A DNA stretch of 64,000 bases, taken from contig DATIBO010000006.1 of assembly GCA_035457485.1 (NCBI GenBank), positions 370,659 through 434,658 of the forward strand, in the 5' to 3' direction. This document shows, piece after piece, positions 8,622-17,567 of the stretch. The stretch's first letter is position 1. The number at the start of each line of letters is the position of its first letter. Below the pieces are notes generated by a model. It had not been told where the DNA came from, searched no databases, and saw nothing but the letters and a program-made list of their open reading frames with translations. The translations under genes were made by a program, and so were the position numbers. This DNA comes from Candidatus Saccharimonadales bacterium. GTDB taxonomy: Bacteria; Patescibacteriota; Saccharimonadia; Saccharimonadales; EFPC-124.

Positions 8622-9245
8622 ATGTCCCTGTTCCGACGCGGCCAGCACTGCTGCTGCCAGCCAGCTTTCGCCACCATCATCGGCTTCGGGAGAATCCCGA
8701 TGACGAACGGTGGCCACAGCCACGACTGCACCTGCACGCACGGTCGCTGCATCGGTCCGGTCCGGATCGTCCACACCGCCGCCAACTGCACCTGCATCGA
8801 CGGCGAGTGCGACAAGACGGACTACGACCGCATCCAGCAGATGATCGACGCCGCCACGGCGCCGCTCACCATCCAGATCACCACGCTCACCAGTCGCCTC
8901 GACGAGGCCGGCCGGCGGATCGAGGACCTGGAGGCGCGGCCCATCGCCGGCATCACCGAGGTCGTGGGCGAGCGTCGCTCGTTCGTTACCCGGTGGACCC
9001 TGGTCGGAGCCATCATCGGCTTCGCTCTGGCGGTCATCGGGGCGCTCAGCGTCCCCGAGGGCATCTACCACCTGCTCGGCAACAAGACCTGGTTCTACAC
9101 CCAGAGCTTCCTGTTCTGGATGGAGATCATCATCGGTACGACGTTCATCGTCGCCGGACTCGGGTTCTTCTTCGGAATGGCCCGCAGTGCCGACGCCGTT
9201 CCGACGTACCGTGAGGTCACCCGCACGGACGGTGGTTCGCTGTGA
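8622..9245 (+). CDS. G+C-rich cassette E1: Cys/His-rich, coiled-coil, C-terminally membrane-anchored protein (207 aa)
   Basis: The N-terminus has CCCQ..HSHDCTCTHGRC..NCTCIDGEC. A heptad-like segment follows, then 2-3 C-terminal TM helices. Confidence 0.75.
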   Translation: MSLFRRGQHCCCQPAFATIIGFGRIPMTNGGHSHDCTCTHGRCIGPVRIVHTAANCTCIDGECDKTDYDRIQQMIDAATAPLTIQITTLTSRLDEAGRRIEDLEARPIAGITEVVGERRSFVTRWTLVGAIIGFALAVIGALSVPEGIYHLLGNKTWFYTQSFLFWMEIIIGTTFIVAGLGFFFGMARSADAVPTYREVTRTDGGSL

Positions 9246-9979
9246 ACCGTCGCCGTGTAGCGCTCGTTGGGTTGCTGGCGATTCCGCTGGCGTGCCTGGC
9301 GTTCGTGCTTTCGAACTCGGTGGTGATGGTCACCGGACCGGCTTCGGTTCCGGTGGCGATCGCGCCGAGTCCCTCTGTCGTCCCGTCCCCGGCCGTAGTG
9401 CCGCCGGACGACTACTGCCTGGTTAAGGCTCCGCCCGAGTATCTGGGCGAGTACACACCAGACAACGACTTCGGCTACCCTGCGGTTACCGATTGGGAGC
9501 GCAAGCACCCCAAGAAGTTCCTGCAGAACCCCGACAGTCTGCCCGACACGCTCACCGACCTGAAGATCCGCTGGTGCGGAGTCGATGGCGAGGGCGTGAG
9601 AGGCGGGGATCCGCTGCTTCAGAACGCACACTTCAGTGTGCCGGACGACAGCGACCCCAACCGCCCCTTCAACGAGGCCAGCTGGCGTGCCACCACGGAC
9701 GCCAACGTGAACCGCGTGAAGTGGGACCAGGCCGAGCTCAAGCTCGCGCCCGCGGGAGACTACTATGTCATGTACATGGTGGAATCCCGCAAGACCGGCA
9801 AGCTGGAAGTGCGAATCAGCCTCCAGTGGAAGCCGGACACCCTGGTGCTTATGCTGCCGATCGCGAGAGCGGACGGCACAGGCACCGAAACGCTGATGTT
9901 GCGACTGGAGTGTGGGTTCCAACCCATGTTCGAGAAGCGCAGCAGCGTCCCCCGGTGGCTGCAGAAGTTCCTGAACTGA
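9242..9979 (+). CDS. G+C-rich cassette E2: secreted protein with an N-terminal signal/TM segment (245 aa)
   Basis: GTG start overlaps the E1 stop (GTGA), suggesting translational coupling. The N-terminus is MNRRRVALVGLLAIPLACLAFVL, followed by a Pro-rich linker. Confidence 0.75.
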   Translation: MNRRRVALVGLLAIPLACLAFVLSNSVVMVTGPASVPVAIAPSPSVVPSPAVVPPDDYCLVKAPPEYLGEYTPDNDFGYPAVTDWERKHPKKFLQNPDSLPDTLTDLKIRWCGVDGEGVRGGDPLLQNAHFSVPDDSDPNRPFNEASWRATTDANVNRVKWDQAELKLAPAGDYYVMYMVESRKTGKLEVRISLQWKPDTLVLMLPIARADGTGTETLMLRLECGFQPMFEKRSSVPRWLQKFLN

Positions 9980-9995
9980 CGCCGCCACCAAGCGC

Positions 9996-10029
9996 GGGCC
10001 GCACCTGGACAAGTTCCCAGGTGCGGCCC
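9996..10029 (+). terminator. GC-rich hairpin 3' of cassette E
   Basis: GGGCCGCACCTGG pairs with CCAGGTGCGGCCC (13 bp perfect). Confidence 0.6.
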
Positions 10030-10094
10030 CGCCGCAACACCTTTGCCTCAGTAGGGCATTTTTTTATATCAAAAAATTGTGTCATAATTGAAGT

Positions 10095-10604
10095 ATGTTT
10101 AAAAGCAAAGACTCCAAAAAGAAAGTCGACAAAGTAAAAACCAGTAAATTCGAAGCTGTTGGCCGCATCGCTCACAAGGCGGCATCCCCATTCATGAAGT
10201 TCTATTTGCGCGATACACATGTTCGTGTGCGCGTTGTAATTATCAACGATCACAAAGAGGTTTTGTTGGTTCGTAGCTGGTTTAGTCATCAAAATTGGAG
10301 CTTACCAGGTGGCGGAATTAAGATTACAGAATCACCAGTAGAAGCCGGCGTGCGCGAGGTCTACGAAGAAACTGGTCTGCGGATAGCAGTGGATCATTTG
10401 CAAGATTTGGGAACGTTTAAAAATCCAAATCCGCAAGCTGGTTATACCGTCGCATGTTTTAAAGTTGACATTCCAAAGCGGCCGCCAAAAATCGCGCACC
10501 ATCGCCGCCTAGAGATGTTGGATGTGGCATGGTTTGATCTTGATACATTGCCAAAGAACCGCGCACCATCTGTAGACTTAGCTCTTGATTTGGCTAGTAA
10601 ATAG
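10095..10604 (+). CDS. Nudix hydrolase
   Basis: Nudix box GGGIKITESPVEAGVREVYEETGL. Confidence 0.85.
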   Translation: MFKSKDSKKKVDKVKTSKFEAVGRIAHKAASPFMKFYLRDTHVRVRVVIINDHKEVLLVRSWFSHQNWSLPGGGIKITESPVEAGVREVYEETGLRIAVDHLQDLGTFKNPNPQAGYTVACFKVDIPKRPPKIAHHRRLEMLDVAWFDLDTLPKNRAPSVDLALDLASK

Positions 10605-10696
10605 CGAAAATTTTACTACAATTTGCCGTTGACTTTTGTCTGACATAAGCATTATGCTTAAGGAAGTTTACTTTAAAAACACAAAAAGGCAAAAAA

Positions 10697-10828
10697 ATGA
10701 GTGAGGGTTTCGACGTACTACCGATAGTAGTTGTTTTGGCGTTAGTTGCATTTGGGGCAGCTCTAGCCATAATAGACAAAAAATATGCAAGGTTAAGCAC
10801 CGACTGGAACGAGTTTAAAAAACGCTAA
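10697..10828 (+). CDS. possible small membrane protein (43 aa)
   Basis: My own translation is MSEGFDVLPIVVVLALVAFGAALAIIDKKYARLSTDWNEFKKR. It lies downstream of TTGACT-18-TATGCT. It is below the ORF-track size cutoff and the SD is weak. Confidence 0.35.
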   Translation: MSEGFDVLPIVVVLALVAFGAALAIIDKKYARLSTDWNEFKKR

Positions 10829-10867
10829 ATCGGTCAAAGTTTGTTATAATAGTTCGCAGCACTACTT

Positions 10868-12007
10868 ATGCGAATTATTGAGTTTACAAAATTCAAGAGT
10901 TTTTGGTGGGCTGCAGCACTTTTTATGGTGCTTTTGGCAGGCGTATTTGCATTGAATTCTGGTAAAACCCATGCCGAAAACGAGCGTGTTATTACTATTT
11001 ATCATGACGGCGCAGAACAAACGATCGTAACAGATGCTCCAAACGTAGAAGAGGCTCTAAAACGGAGTGGAATTTCACTTGGAACTAGCGATTTTGTTGA
11101 ACCGGCATTAAACACGCAGTTTGAAGCACCTGCTTACAATATAAATATTTACCGTGCTCGGCCTATATTAATAGAAGATGGCGGCCAAAAACATTACGTT
11201 AGTAGCCCATTTTCTAGCCCCGAAAAAATCGCTGAGGCAGCCGGACTTAAATTACACGATGAAGACATAGCCGAGCTTACCCGAAGCAACGATTTAGTTG
11301 GTGATGGCGTTGGTCTAAAATTAACTATCCATCGTGCCACGCATGTTGTTTTAGTACTCTATGGCATGCAAAAAGATGTATATACTCAGTCGGCAACTGT
11401 GGGTGCGTTCTTGCAAGAAAAAGGCATAAAGCTTGGCGCCGAAGATGGAACTAGCTCTAGCCTACAGACCCTAATTACGGCCGACTTTAAAATAGAAGTT
11501 TGGCGTAATGGGGTGCAAACTATAACCGAAGAACAAGAGGTTAAATTTGCTACCGAGACAATCCGCGACACAAGCAAGCCAGTTGGATTTAAAGAAGTTA
11601 AAGAGCCGGGCAAAAATGGTAAAAAACTCGTCACATACGAAGTTGAACTACGTAACGGTGTCGAGCTAAGCCGAAAAGAAATTCAAAGCGTAGTGACCGA
11701 GGAGTCTAAAAAACAGGTAGAGGTTATTGGTGTCCAGCTTGGATTCACTGGCGCTTTCCAGGAAGCCCTTGCAAAACTTCGTTCTTGTGAGGCTGGCGGT
11801 AACTATGATCGTAATAGTGGAAACGGCTACTACGGCGCATATCAGTACGACATCTCTACTTGGGCTAATTGGCAAGGCTACGCACGCCCCGATCTTGCGC
11901 CGGCCGAGGTTCAGGATGCTAAGGCGTACGAGACTTATATGAGACGCGGTTGGCAGCCATGGCCATCGTGCACCTCTAAACTTGGTTTACAAGATATTTA
12001 TCGTTAG
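10868..12007 (+). CDS. RpfB/YabE-like cell-wall protein (DUF348 repeats, G5 domain, Rpf-type transglycosylase-like domain)
   Basis: N-terminal TM segment. The G5-like segment is KKLVTYEVELRNGVELSRKEIQSVV. The C-terminus has CEAGGNYDRNSGNGYYGAYQYDISTW. Confidence 0.85.
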   Translation: MRIIEFTKFKSFWWAAALFMVLLAGVFALNSGKTHAENERVITIYHDGAEQTIVTDAPNVEEALKRSGISLGTSDFVEPALNTQFEAPAYNINIYRARPILIEDGGQKHYVSSPFSSPEKIAEAAGLKLHDEDIAELTRSNDLVGDGVGLKLTIHRATHVVLVLYGMQKDVYTQSATVGAFLQEKGIKLGAEDGTSSSLQTLITADFKIEVWRNGVQTITEEQEVKFATETIRDTSKPVGFKEVKEPGKNGKKLVTYEVELRNGVELSRKEIQSVVTEESKKQVEVIGVQLGFTGAFQEALAKLRSCEAGGNYDRNSGNGYYGAYQYDISTWANWQGYARPDLAPAEVQDAKAYETYMRRGWQPWPSCTSKLGLQDIYR

Positions 12008-12016
12008 TATAAAAAC

Positions 12017-12442
12017 ATGACTTATAAATACGATGGTTTTAATTACGTTATTCGCTTAAATAAAGATGAGCGTTTGAGTGAAGCTCTTAAGGAGTTTTTG
12101 CAAAAAACCGAGGTTGATGGCGCTTGGATTTTAGGTATTGGTGGTGCTCAAGAGGCGACATTAGGCTTTTACAGTTTAAAAACTAAGCAGTACAACTGGC
12201 GAACATTTAGTGACTTAATGGAAGTCACTAGCTTACAGGGTAATATAGCAGTTGACGAGGATGGCGAACCGGTTTTTCATATGCACGGGACTTTCGCTGG
12301 CGAAGACTTCAATAGCTTTGGTGGCCATGTTAAAGATTTGATTGTGGGCGGGACTCTGGAAATTTTTGTTCATCGAACCGATGACATGCCTCTGAGCCGC
12401 AAGCACGATACTGAGGTTGGCTTGGATTTATTGGACTTGTAA
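12017..12442 (+). CDS. PPC (DUF296) domain protein
   Basis: The pattern MEVTSLQGNIAVDEDGEPVFHMHGTFAGEDFNSFGGHV matches my recollection of the PPC/DUF296 fold. Confidence 0.6.
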   Translation: MTYKYDGFNYVIRLNKDERLSEALKEFLQKTEVDGAWILGIGGAQEATLGFYSLKTKQYNWRTFSDLMEVTSLQGNIAVDEDGEPVFHMHGTFAGEDFNSFGGHVKDLIVGGTLEIFVHRTDDMPLSRKHDTEVGLDLLDL

Positions 12443-13035
12443 TGAATGTAGTTAATCTTGATCAGGCTGCCCAGCTGTTAAAAAGCGGTAAAATTGGAGT
12501 TATCCCAACCGATACTGTCTATGGACTAGTTGCTCTAGCGGCAAACGAACTGGCGGTTGCGCGAATTTACAAGGTAAAAAATCGTGTTAACAAACCCGGC
12601 CCCACAATTGCAGCTAGTGTTGATCAGTTGCGCGACCTAGGTTTGCTTGAGTCTGATCTTATAAAAGCTGCTAAATTTTGGCCCAATCCAATTAGTATTG
12701 TTTTAAAGCCTGGTGCAAACTTGGCTTATTTAAGTCAGGGCTTGCCAGATTTACCGTTTAGGGTAGTCGCCAATACAAAAACTAGCGAATTTTTGCAAAA
12801 AACTGGTGCTCTAGCCACTACAAGTGCCAATGCGCCAGGCGAACCAGCCGCCGAAAATTTGCAACAAGCAGTAGACTATTTTGGTGATGCAGTTGATTTT
12901 TATGTAGATGGCGGTGAAATTAGTAACGCTTTGCCGTCGACAATCATTGGATTTGATGGTGAAAATGTTAAAATTTATCGAGAAGGCGCTGTAACTAAAC
13001 AAAAAATAGAAAGTTTAAAAAATGCCAACTCCTAA
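12442..13035 (+). CDS. tsaC: L-threonylcarbamoyladenylate synthase (YrdC/Sua5 family)
   Basis: Contains GVIPTDTVYGLVA, TSAN and PSTII motifs. The start overlaps the upstream stop (ATGA-type coupling). Confidence 0.85.
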   Translation: MNVVNLDQAAQLLKSGKIGVIPTDTVYGLVALAANELAVARIYKVKNRVNKPGPTIAASVDQLRDLGLLESDLIKAAKFWPNPISIVLKPGANLAYLSQGLPDLPFRVVANTKTSEFLQKTGALATTSANAPGEPAAENLQQAVDYFGDAVDFYVDGGEISNALPSTIIGFDGENVKIYREGAVTKQKIESLKNANS

Positions 13036-13792
13036 AAAATCCCTGGGCCAACACTGGCTTTTCGACAGTAAGAGTCTAGGCGCAATTTGCGACGCAGCTG
13101 AGATTACTCCAGATGACACAATTTTAGAAATTGGCCCGGGTCTGGGGCCGCTTACAATAGAACTTACTCAGCGTGCAAAAAACGTTATAGCCGTGGAATT
13201 TGATGAACAATTAGCTCGCGAGTTACCGTCTCGGGTGCCGGCTGCTAACTTAAAAGTGATTCACGAAGATATTTTAAAGTTCAATTTAAATAATTTGCCT
13301 CAAAACTACAAGGTTGTGGCGAATGTGCCTTATTACATCACTAGCAGTCTAGTTCGATATTTATTAGAATCTAAAAATCCGCCAAAAACTACTGTAATGT
13401 TAATTCAAAAAGAAGTGGCAGAGCGAATCTGTGCTAAACCCGGAGACATGAGTATTTTAGCGATTAGCGCTCAGCTTTATGCTGAAACTGATTTGGGGGT
13501 TTTGGTCACGGCCGATAAATTTGATCCACCGCCAAAAGTGGATTCTCAGGTGGTAATTTTGAATAAACGCGAAAAACCACTGTTTAAAGATCTGGATGTT
13601 AAAAAGTTTTTTAGAATCGTTCGTGCTGGTTTTGGCGAAAAACGAAAAACGCTCCGCAACAGTTTAAGCGGGGGGTTGCAGCTTGATAAAACCAAAGTAG
13701 AAACGTTGTTAGATAAGTCTGGGATTGCGCAAACGACGCGAGCACAGCAACTTAGTCTAGAAGATTGGCATAAACTCTACATTGGGTTGTAG
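13022..13792 (+). CDS. rsmA: 16S rRNA (adenine1518/1519-N6)-dimethyltransferase
   Basis: Contains KKSLGQHWL, EIGPGLGPLT and VANVPYYITS. Confidence 0.95.
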   Translation: MPTPKKSLGQHWLFDSKSLGAICDAAEITPDDTILEIGPGLGPLTIELTQRAKNVIAVEFDEQLARELPSRVPAANLKVIHEDILKFNLNNLPQNYKVVANVPYYITSSLVRYLLESKNPPKTTVMLIQKEVAERICAKPGDMSILAISAQLYAETDLGVLVTADKFDPPPKVDSQVVILNKREKPLFKDLDVKKFFRIVRAGFGEKRKTLRNSLSGGLQLDKTKVETLLDKSGIAQTTRAQQLSLEDWHKLYIGL

Positions 13793-13796
13793 TAGG

Positions 13797-13831
13797 TTCG
13801 CCGCCCAGAGTCGAAAGCCCTGGGCGGCGAA
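13797..13831 (-). terminator. GC-rich hairpin 3' of cassette F, 5 nt from the rsmA stop
   Basis: TTCGCCGCCCAG pairs with CTGGGCGGCGAA (12 bp perfect). Confidence 0.6.
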
Positions 13832-13842
13832 CGGTGGTCGTT

Positions 13843-14106
13843 TTAGCTGCTTACATCTTCTCCCTGTTCATCCTGCCTGGCATCATTGCCAGAGATATCG
13901 GTCTCACCCTCGTCATCGGCAACTCCGGCCATCAGGGCTCGAATATCACCAACTCGGAAACGGTGGTGTCCACCCGGAGTTCTTTTTGAGCTAAGTCTTC
14001 CTGCCTTTACCCATCTGGGCACGGTTTTCGGATCAACCCGGAATAATGCTGCAACCTCCCCTGAGGTGAGTAGCTGGTCGTCTGGATCGATCAGTTCGCG
14101 TGGCAC
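13843..14106 (-). CDS. G+C-rich cassette F: BldC-like MerR/excisionase-family HTH DNA-binding protein (87 aa)
   Basis: LLTSGEVAALFRVDPKTVPRWVKAGRLSSKRTPGGHHRFRVGDIRALMAG closely follows the actinobacterial BldC/Xis-type wHTH pattern as I recall it. It has an acidic C-terminal tail and a GTG start after an AAGGAG SD. Confidence 0.85.
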   Translation of the reverse strand: MPRELIDPDDQLLTSGEVAALFRVDPKTVPRWVKAGRLSSKRTPGGHHRFRVGDIRALMAGVADDEGETDISGNDARQDEQGEDVSS

Positions 14107-14134
14107 ATGGCTCCTTACGTCGTTTGTGAAATAT

Positions 14135-14163
14135 ATAATAAAATAAAATTATGAGTTATGCAA
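14135..14163 (-). promoter_or_regulatory. sigma70-like promoter of cassette F
   Basis: On the minus strand: TTGCAT, 17-nt spacer, TATTAT, in an AT-rich spacer. Confidence 0.45.
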
Positions 14164-14287
14164 TATGTTCTTGTTAGGATCATGTTTTTGAAGTAATATT
14201 GGTTCATCATGTTATCGATGCAAATTATGGTTCGGTTTTAGCAGGCGTACAAAACTTGTATCTTATTAATTTTTTTGAGAACCAATT

Positions 14288-15934
14288 ATGATTGCATCTG
14301 TAAAAATAACCGAAAAATCTTTTGGGGCAACCCAACTTTATAAAAACTTAAACTTTAGTATTCAAAAAGGCGAAAAGCTGGCGATTATTGGCCGCAACGG
14401 AGTGGGCAAGTCTACGCTTTTTAATATAATGGACGGCAAAGATGGCGATTTTGTTGGAGATTTAATTTACAAAAAAGGCATAAAAATTGCCACGACTCGC
14501 CAAGAGCATCACGATGTGGATGATTTAACGGCGGTGGCATATATTTTGCAGGAATTGCCAGAATACTCGCGCCTAAAACATATAATCGAAACTTATCCGG
14601 CGCACATGGGCGACAATGAAGCGAAAATCACTAAATTTACTGAGGCGCTTGAACGTTTTGGCGAACTCGGTTTTTATCACGTAGAAGATGAAGTACGCAC
14701 AACCTTGGCGGATTACCAGATTGGCGATAAAGCCGACATGCCACTTAAAACTCTTTCGGGCGGTCAGCGCCGTTTTGTGGAGTTGGTAAAACTTACGCAC
14801 GCACGCGCCGATCTGTTATTGATCGACGAGCCAACCAACCACATGGACTACATTGCAAAAGAGCGTTTTATAAAATGGTTTAAAAACGCGCCTCAAGCCG
14901 TGGTTGTAATTTCGCACGATCGCGATATTTTGCAAACTGTGGATCAGATCATCGAGTTAACAGACGGCCTATCGTTAAAATTTGTAGGTAACTATGACGC
15001 TTATTTGCGTCAAAATGCGACCACAACGGTTAGCCAGCTTAACGATTACGAAACCGCTCTTAGAACAATCGAGAATTTAAACAAGCAAATTCAATCGGTT
15101 CGTGCCAAAAAAGCTAGCACAAGTAAAACGCCAAACCCATTCATACCGTTAGAGCGACGTTTGGTTAAGGAACGTGACGAACTAAAAGTTAATTTGCAAA
15201 AGCCTAATTTTTGGGTTGATCAAGAATCGCTTGCAGGCATGCAGGATAAAGTTAGCGAGAGGTACCATAAATATAAAGCTAAAAATATTTCGCTTAACAC
15301 AAAATCAATTTTGGCGAGCAAAGCAAATTATTTGGTCAGCGCTCTTGATCTTTCGCTGGGTTACAGCGAACCGCTTTTTACGGATGTAAACTTTACGATT
15401 TCGCCTGGTGATCGATTAGAGATTAGAGGACGCAATGGTGCCGGTAAATCCACGATTATTAATGCAATTATGGAGTTTGCGGCTGGCAATATCCCTGAAA
15501 CTCTTAAAGCCGGTGAAATAAAAGTTGATAAAAAATGTAAGATCGGCCGCTATGAACAAGAAATTAGCGGGAAGTTGCTTGATTTAAATTTGGTTCAGGC
15601 GATCGAACAGATTTATCGCGACTTTGGATTGAGTATAACTGATCAAGAGATCATGCGACTAATGAGTAACTATTTGTTCGATCCGCAGCTCGATAAAGAA
15701 AAAGAAGTTTCTAAACTCTCGGGCGGTCAAAAAGCGCGGCTGCAGCTGATTAGGTTGTTTGCAAATAACCCAGATTTGCTAATTTTGGACGAGCCGACCA
15801 ACCATTTAGATTTACCGAGTATCGAGGAATTAGAAAACGCCCTGTTAAAATTCGGTGGCGCGATCTTGTATGTCTCGCACGATAGTTATTTTACAAAAAA
15901 ATTGGCTGGGCAAGTTGTGAAAATCGGCAGGTAA
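14288..15934 (+). CDS. ABC-F family ATPase (two ABC domains, no TM domain)
   Basis: Walker A motifs GRNGVGKST and GRNGAGKST. ABC signature motifs LSGGQRR and LSGGQKAR. Confidence 0.9.
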   Translation: MIASVKITEKSFGATQLYKNLNFSIQKGEKLAIIGRNGVGKSTLFNIMDGKDGDFVGDLIYKKGIKIATTRQEHHDVDDLTAVAYILQELPEYSRLKHIIETYPAHMGDNEAKITKFTEALERFGELGFYHVEDEVRTTLADYQIGDKADMPLKTLSGGQRRFVELVKLTHARADLLLIDEPTNHMDYIAKERFIKWFKNAPQAVVVISHDRDILQTVDQIIELTDGLSLKFVGNYDAYLRQNATTTVSQLNDYETALRTIENLNKQIQSVRAKKASTSKTPNPFIPLERRLVKERDELKVNLQKPNFWVDQESLAGMQDKVSERYHKYKAKNISLNTKSILASKANYLVSALDLSLGYSEPLFTDVNFTISPGDRLEIRGRNGAGKSTIINAIMEFAAGNIPETLKAGEIKVDKKCKIGRYEQEISGKLLDLNLVQAIEQIYRDFGLSITDQEIMRLMSNYLFDPQLDKEKEVSKLSGGQKARLQLIRLFANNPDLLILDEPTNHLDLPSIEELENALLKFGGAILYVSHDSYFTKKLAGQVVKIGR

Positions 15935-15984
15935 ACCTAATGCTCACTATTAGTTATATCCTAATTATGATATAATGAGTGTAA

Positions 15985-16032
15985 ATGACACACAGTTTTG
16001 CTCAATTTTCGATGATGTACATGATGCGCTAG
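15985..16032 (+). promoter_or_regulatory. candidate Met-rich leader peptide ORF upstream of metG
   Basis: My own translation is MTHSFAQFSMMYMMR (5 Met in 15 codons). The ATG lies 9 nt after TATAAT (15971-15976). The stop overlaps the GC palindrome GCGCTAGCGCGC, which is followed by a T6 run (16040-16047). Confidence 0.3.
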
Positions 16033-16091
16033 CGCGCGAATGATTTTTTATACCCCAAATTTTGTTATCATCTTAAATAAGGACTATCACT

Positions 16092-17567
16092 GTGAATAAA
16101 TTCTATATTACAACCGCAATTCCATATGTTAACGCCGCGCCACACATTGGGCATGGACTTGATTTTACTTTGGCGGATGTTCTAGCCAGATTCCATCGTC
16201 AGCTTGGTGCAGACGTGTTTTTTGAAGTAGGTGTGGATGAACATGGCACGAAAATTGCTCAAAAAGCGCATGAATTCGGCAAAACCCCACAGCAGTATGT
16301 GGACGAAATCGTTCCGCTTTGGCAGGATTTTTATAAAAAATTAAACATAACACCGACCGGGTTTATTCGTACAACCAGCCCCGAACACGAGAAAGCTTCT
16401 CAGTTAATTTGGACGCAACTGGCTAAGTATATTTATAGAGGTAAGTACGAAGGCTGGTACTGCGTTGGCTGTGAAAGTTTTGTAACAGATCAGCAAGCGG
16501 CCGAGAACAACGGTGTTTGCCCAGATCACCAAAAGCCATACGAGCGACTAAGCGAGGAAAACTATTATTTTAAACTCAGTGCATTTGGCGAGCAACTTCG
16601 CCAAGGTATAGTTGCCGGTGAAGTTAAAATTGTACCAAGCTTTAGAAAGCACGAAATTTTAAACTTAATCGAAAAAGGTCTACAAGATATTAGTATTAGT
16701 CGTCCAAAAACGCAGCTAGCCTGGGGAATACCAGTGCCGGGTGATGACACCCAGGTAATGTACGTATGGTTCGAGGCCGTACTGAATTATCTGTCGGTTT
16801 TAGGTTACCCGAATGCTGACAACTTTAAGAAGTTCTGGCCAGCTGATGTTTGGGTGGGCGGAAAGGACATCTTGCGGTTCCATGGTGCGATTTTGCCTGC
16901 AATGCTAATTGGGCTGGATTTACCATTGCCAAAAACCTTGTTGGTACACGGTCACGTTTTAGCAGGTAATACTAAAATGAGCAAAACTTTAGGCAACGTA
17001 GTAAGTCCGATCGAGGTAATCGATACTTACGGGGCTGACGCTTTTAGGTATTTCTTTTTGCGCCATATCCCAACAGTTGACGATGGCGATTTTACGTGGG
17101 AAAAATTTGAAAACGCCTACAATAACGAGCTAGGTAACGAACTTGGTAACTTGGTGCAACGCGTTGCAAGTATGATCAACAGATATCAAAATGGTGTGAT
17201 TGGAGCATTACCGCCGTCCAAGCACGACACCAAGGCATTTTATGATGAGGTGAACGAGTTCAGATTTGATCGAGCGTTAGACGCAATCTGGGTAATGGTT
17301 CGCAATTTGAACATCTACTTAGAGGAAGTTAAGCCTTGGCAACTCGCAAAAAACCCTGAACAGGCGGATCATCTTCAAGAAGTTTTGGCATACTCTGCTG
17401 CTAGTTTGATTCAGATTGCAGATTTGTTACTACCGTTTTTGCCAACGACCGCCGAGGCAATTAAGCATGTGTTCGAAGGCGGGCAGGTTACTCCATATCA
17501 AGGTGTTTTATTTCCTAAGATTTACAAACATACAGTTGATCCGCGAGCTCAACAACCGGCAAAATAA
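16092..17567 (+). CDS. metG: methionine--tRNA ligase
   Basis: HIGH-type motif PHIGH and the KMSKT loop. The Cys cluster is CVGCESF..CPDH. Confidence 0.95.
   Translation: MNKFYITTAIPYVNAAPHIGHGLDFTLADVLARFHRQLGADVFFEVGVDEHGTKIAQKAHEFGKTPQQYVDEIVPLWQDFYKKLNITPTGFIRTTSPEHEKASQLIWTQLAKYIYRGKYEGWYCVGCESFVTDQQAAENNGVCPDHQKPYERLSEENYYFKLSAFGEQLRQGIVAGEVKIVPSFRKHEILNLIEKGLQDISISRPKTQLAWGIPVPGDDTQVMYVWFEAVLNYLSVLGYPNADNFKKFWPADVWVGGKDILRFHGAILPAMLIGLDLPLPKTLLVHGHVLAGNTKMSKTLGNVVSPIEVIDTYGADAFRYFFLRHIPTVDDGDFTWEKFENAYNNELGNELGNLVQRVASMINRYQNGVIGALPPSKHDTKAFYDEVNEFRFDRALDAIWVMVRNLNIYLEEVKPWQLAKNPEQADHLQEVLAYSAASLIQIADLLLPFLPTTAEAIKHVFEGGQVTPYQGVLFPKIYKHTVDPRAQQPAK

Larger units (their letters stand above)
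7281..10029. other. composite G+C-rich island (cassettes C, D, HHR-1, E1-E2)
   Basis: Three GC-rich transcription units are separated by short AT-rich promoter spacers between pcrA and a Nudix gene. Confidence 0.7.

Noticed and set aside
10594-10800. A 68-aa minus-strand ORF lies between the Nudix and RpfB-like genes.
   Set aside because: It is antisense to a better-supported small membrane ORF that has an upstream promoter. Its sequence is low-complexity and it has no initiation signals.
15935-16091. A T-box riboswitch might lie upstream of metG.
   Set aside because: The leader is only about 150 nt. It lacks a specifier-loop/AGAGA/T-box (GGUGGNACCGCG-like) organisation. I propose a leader-peptide model instead, with low confidence.
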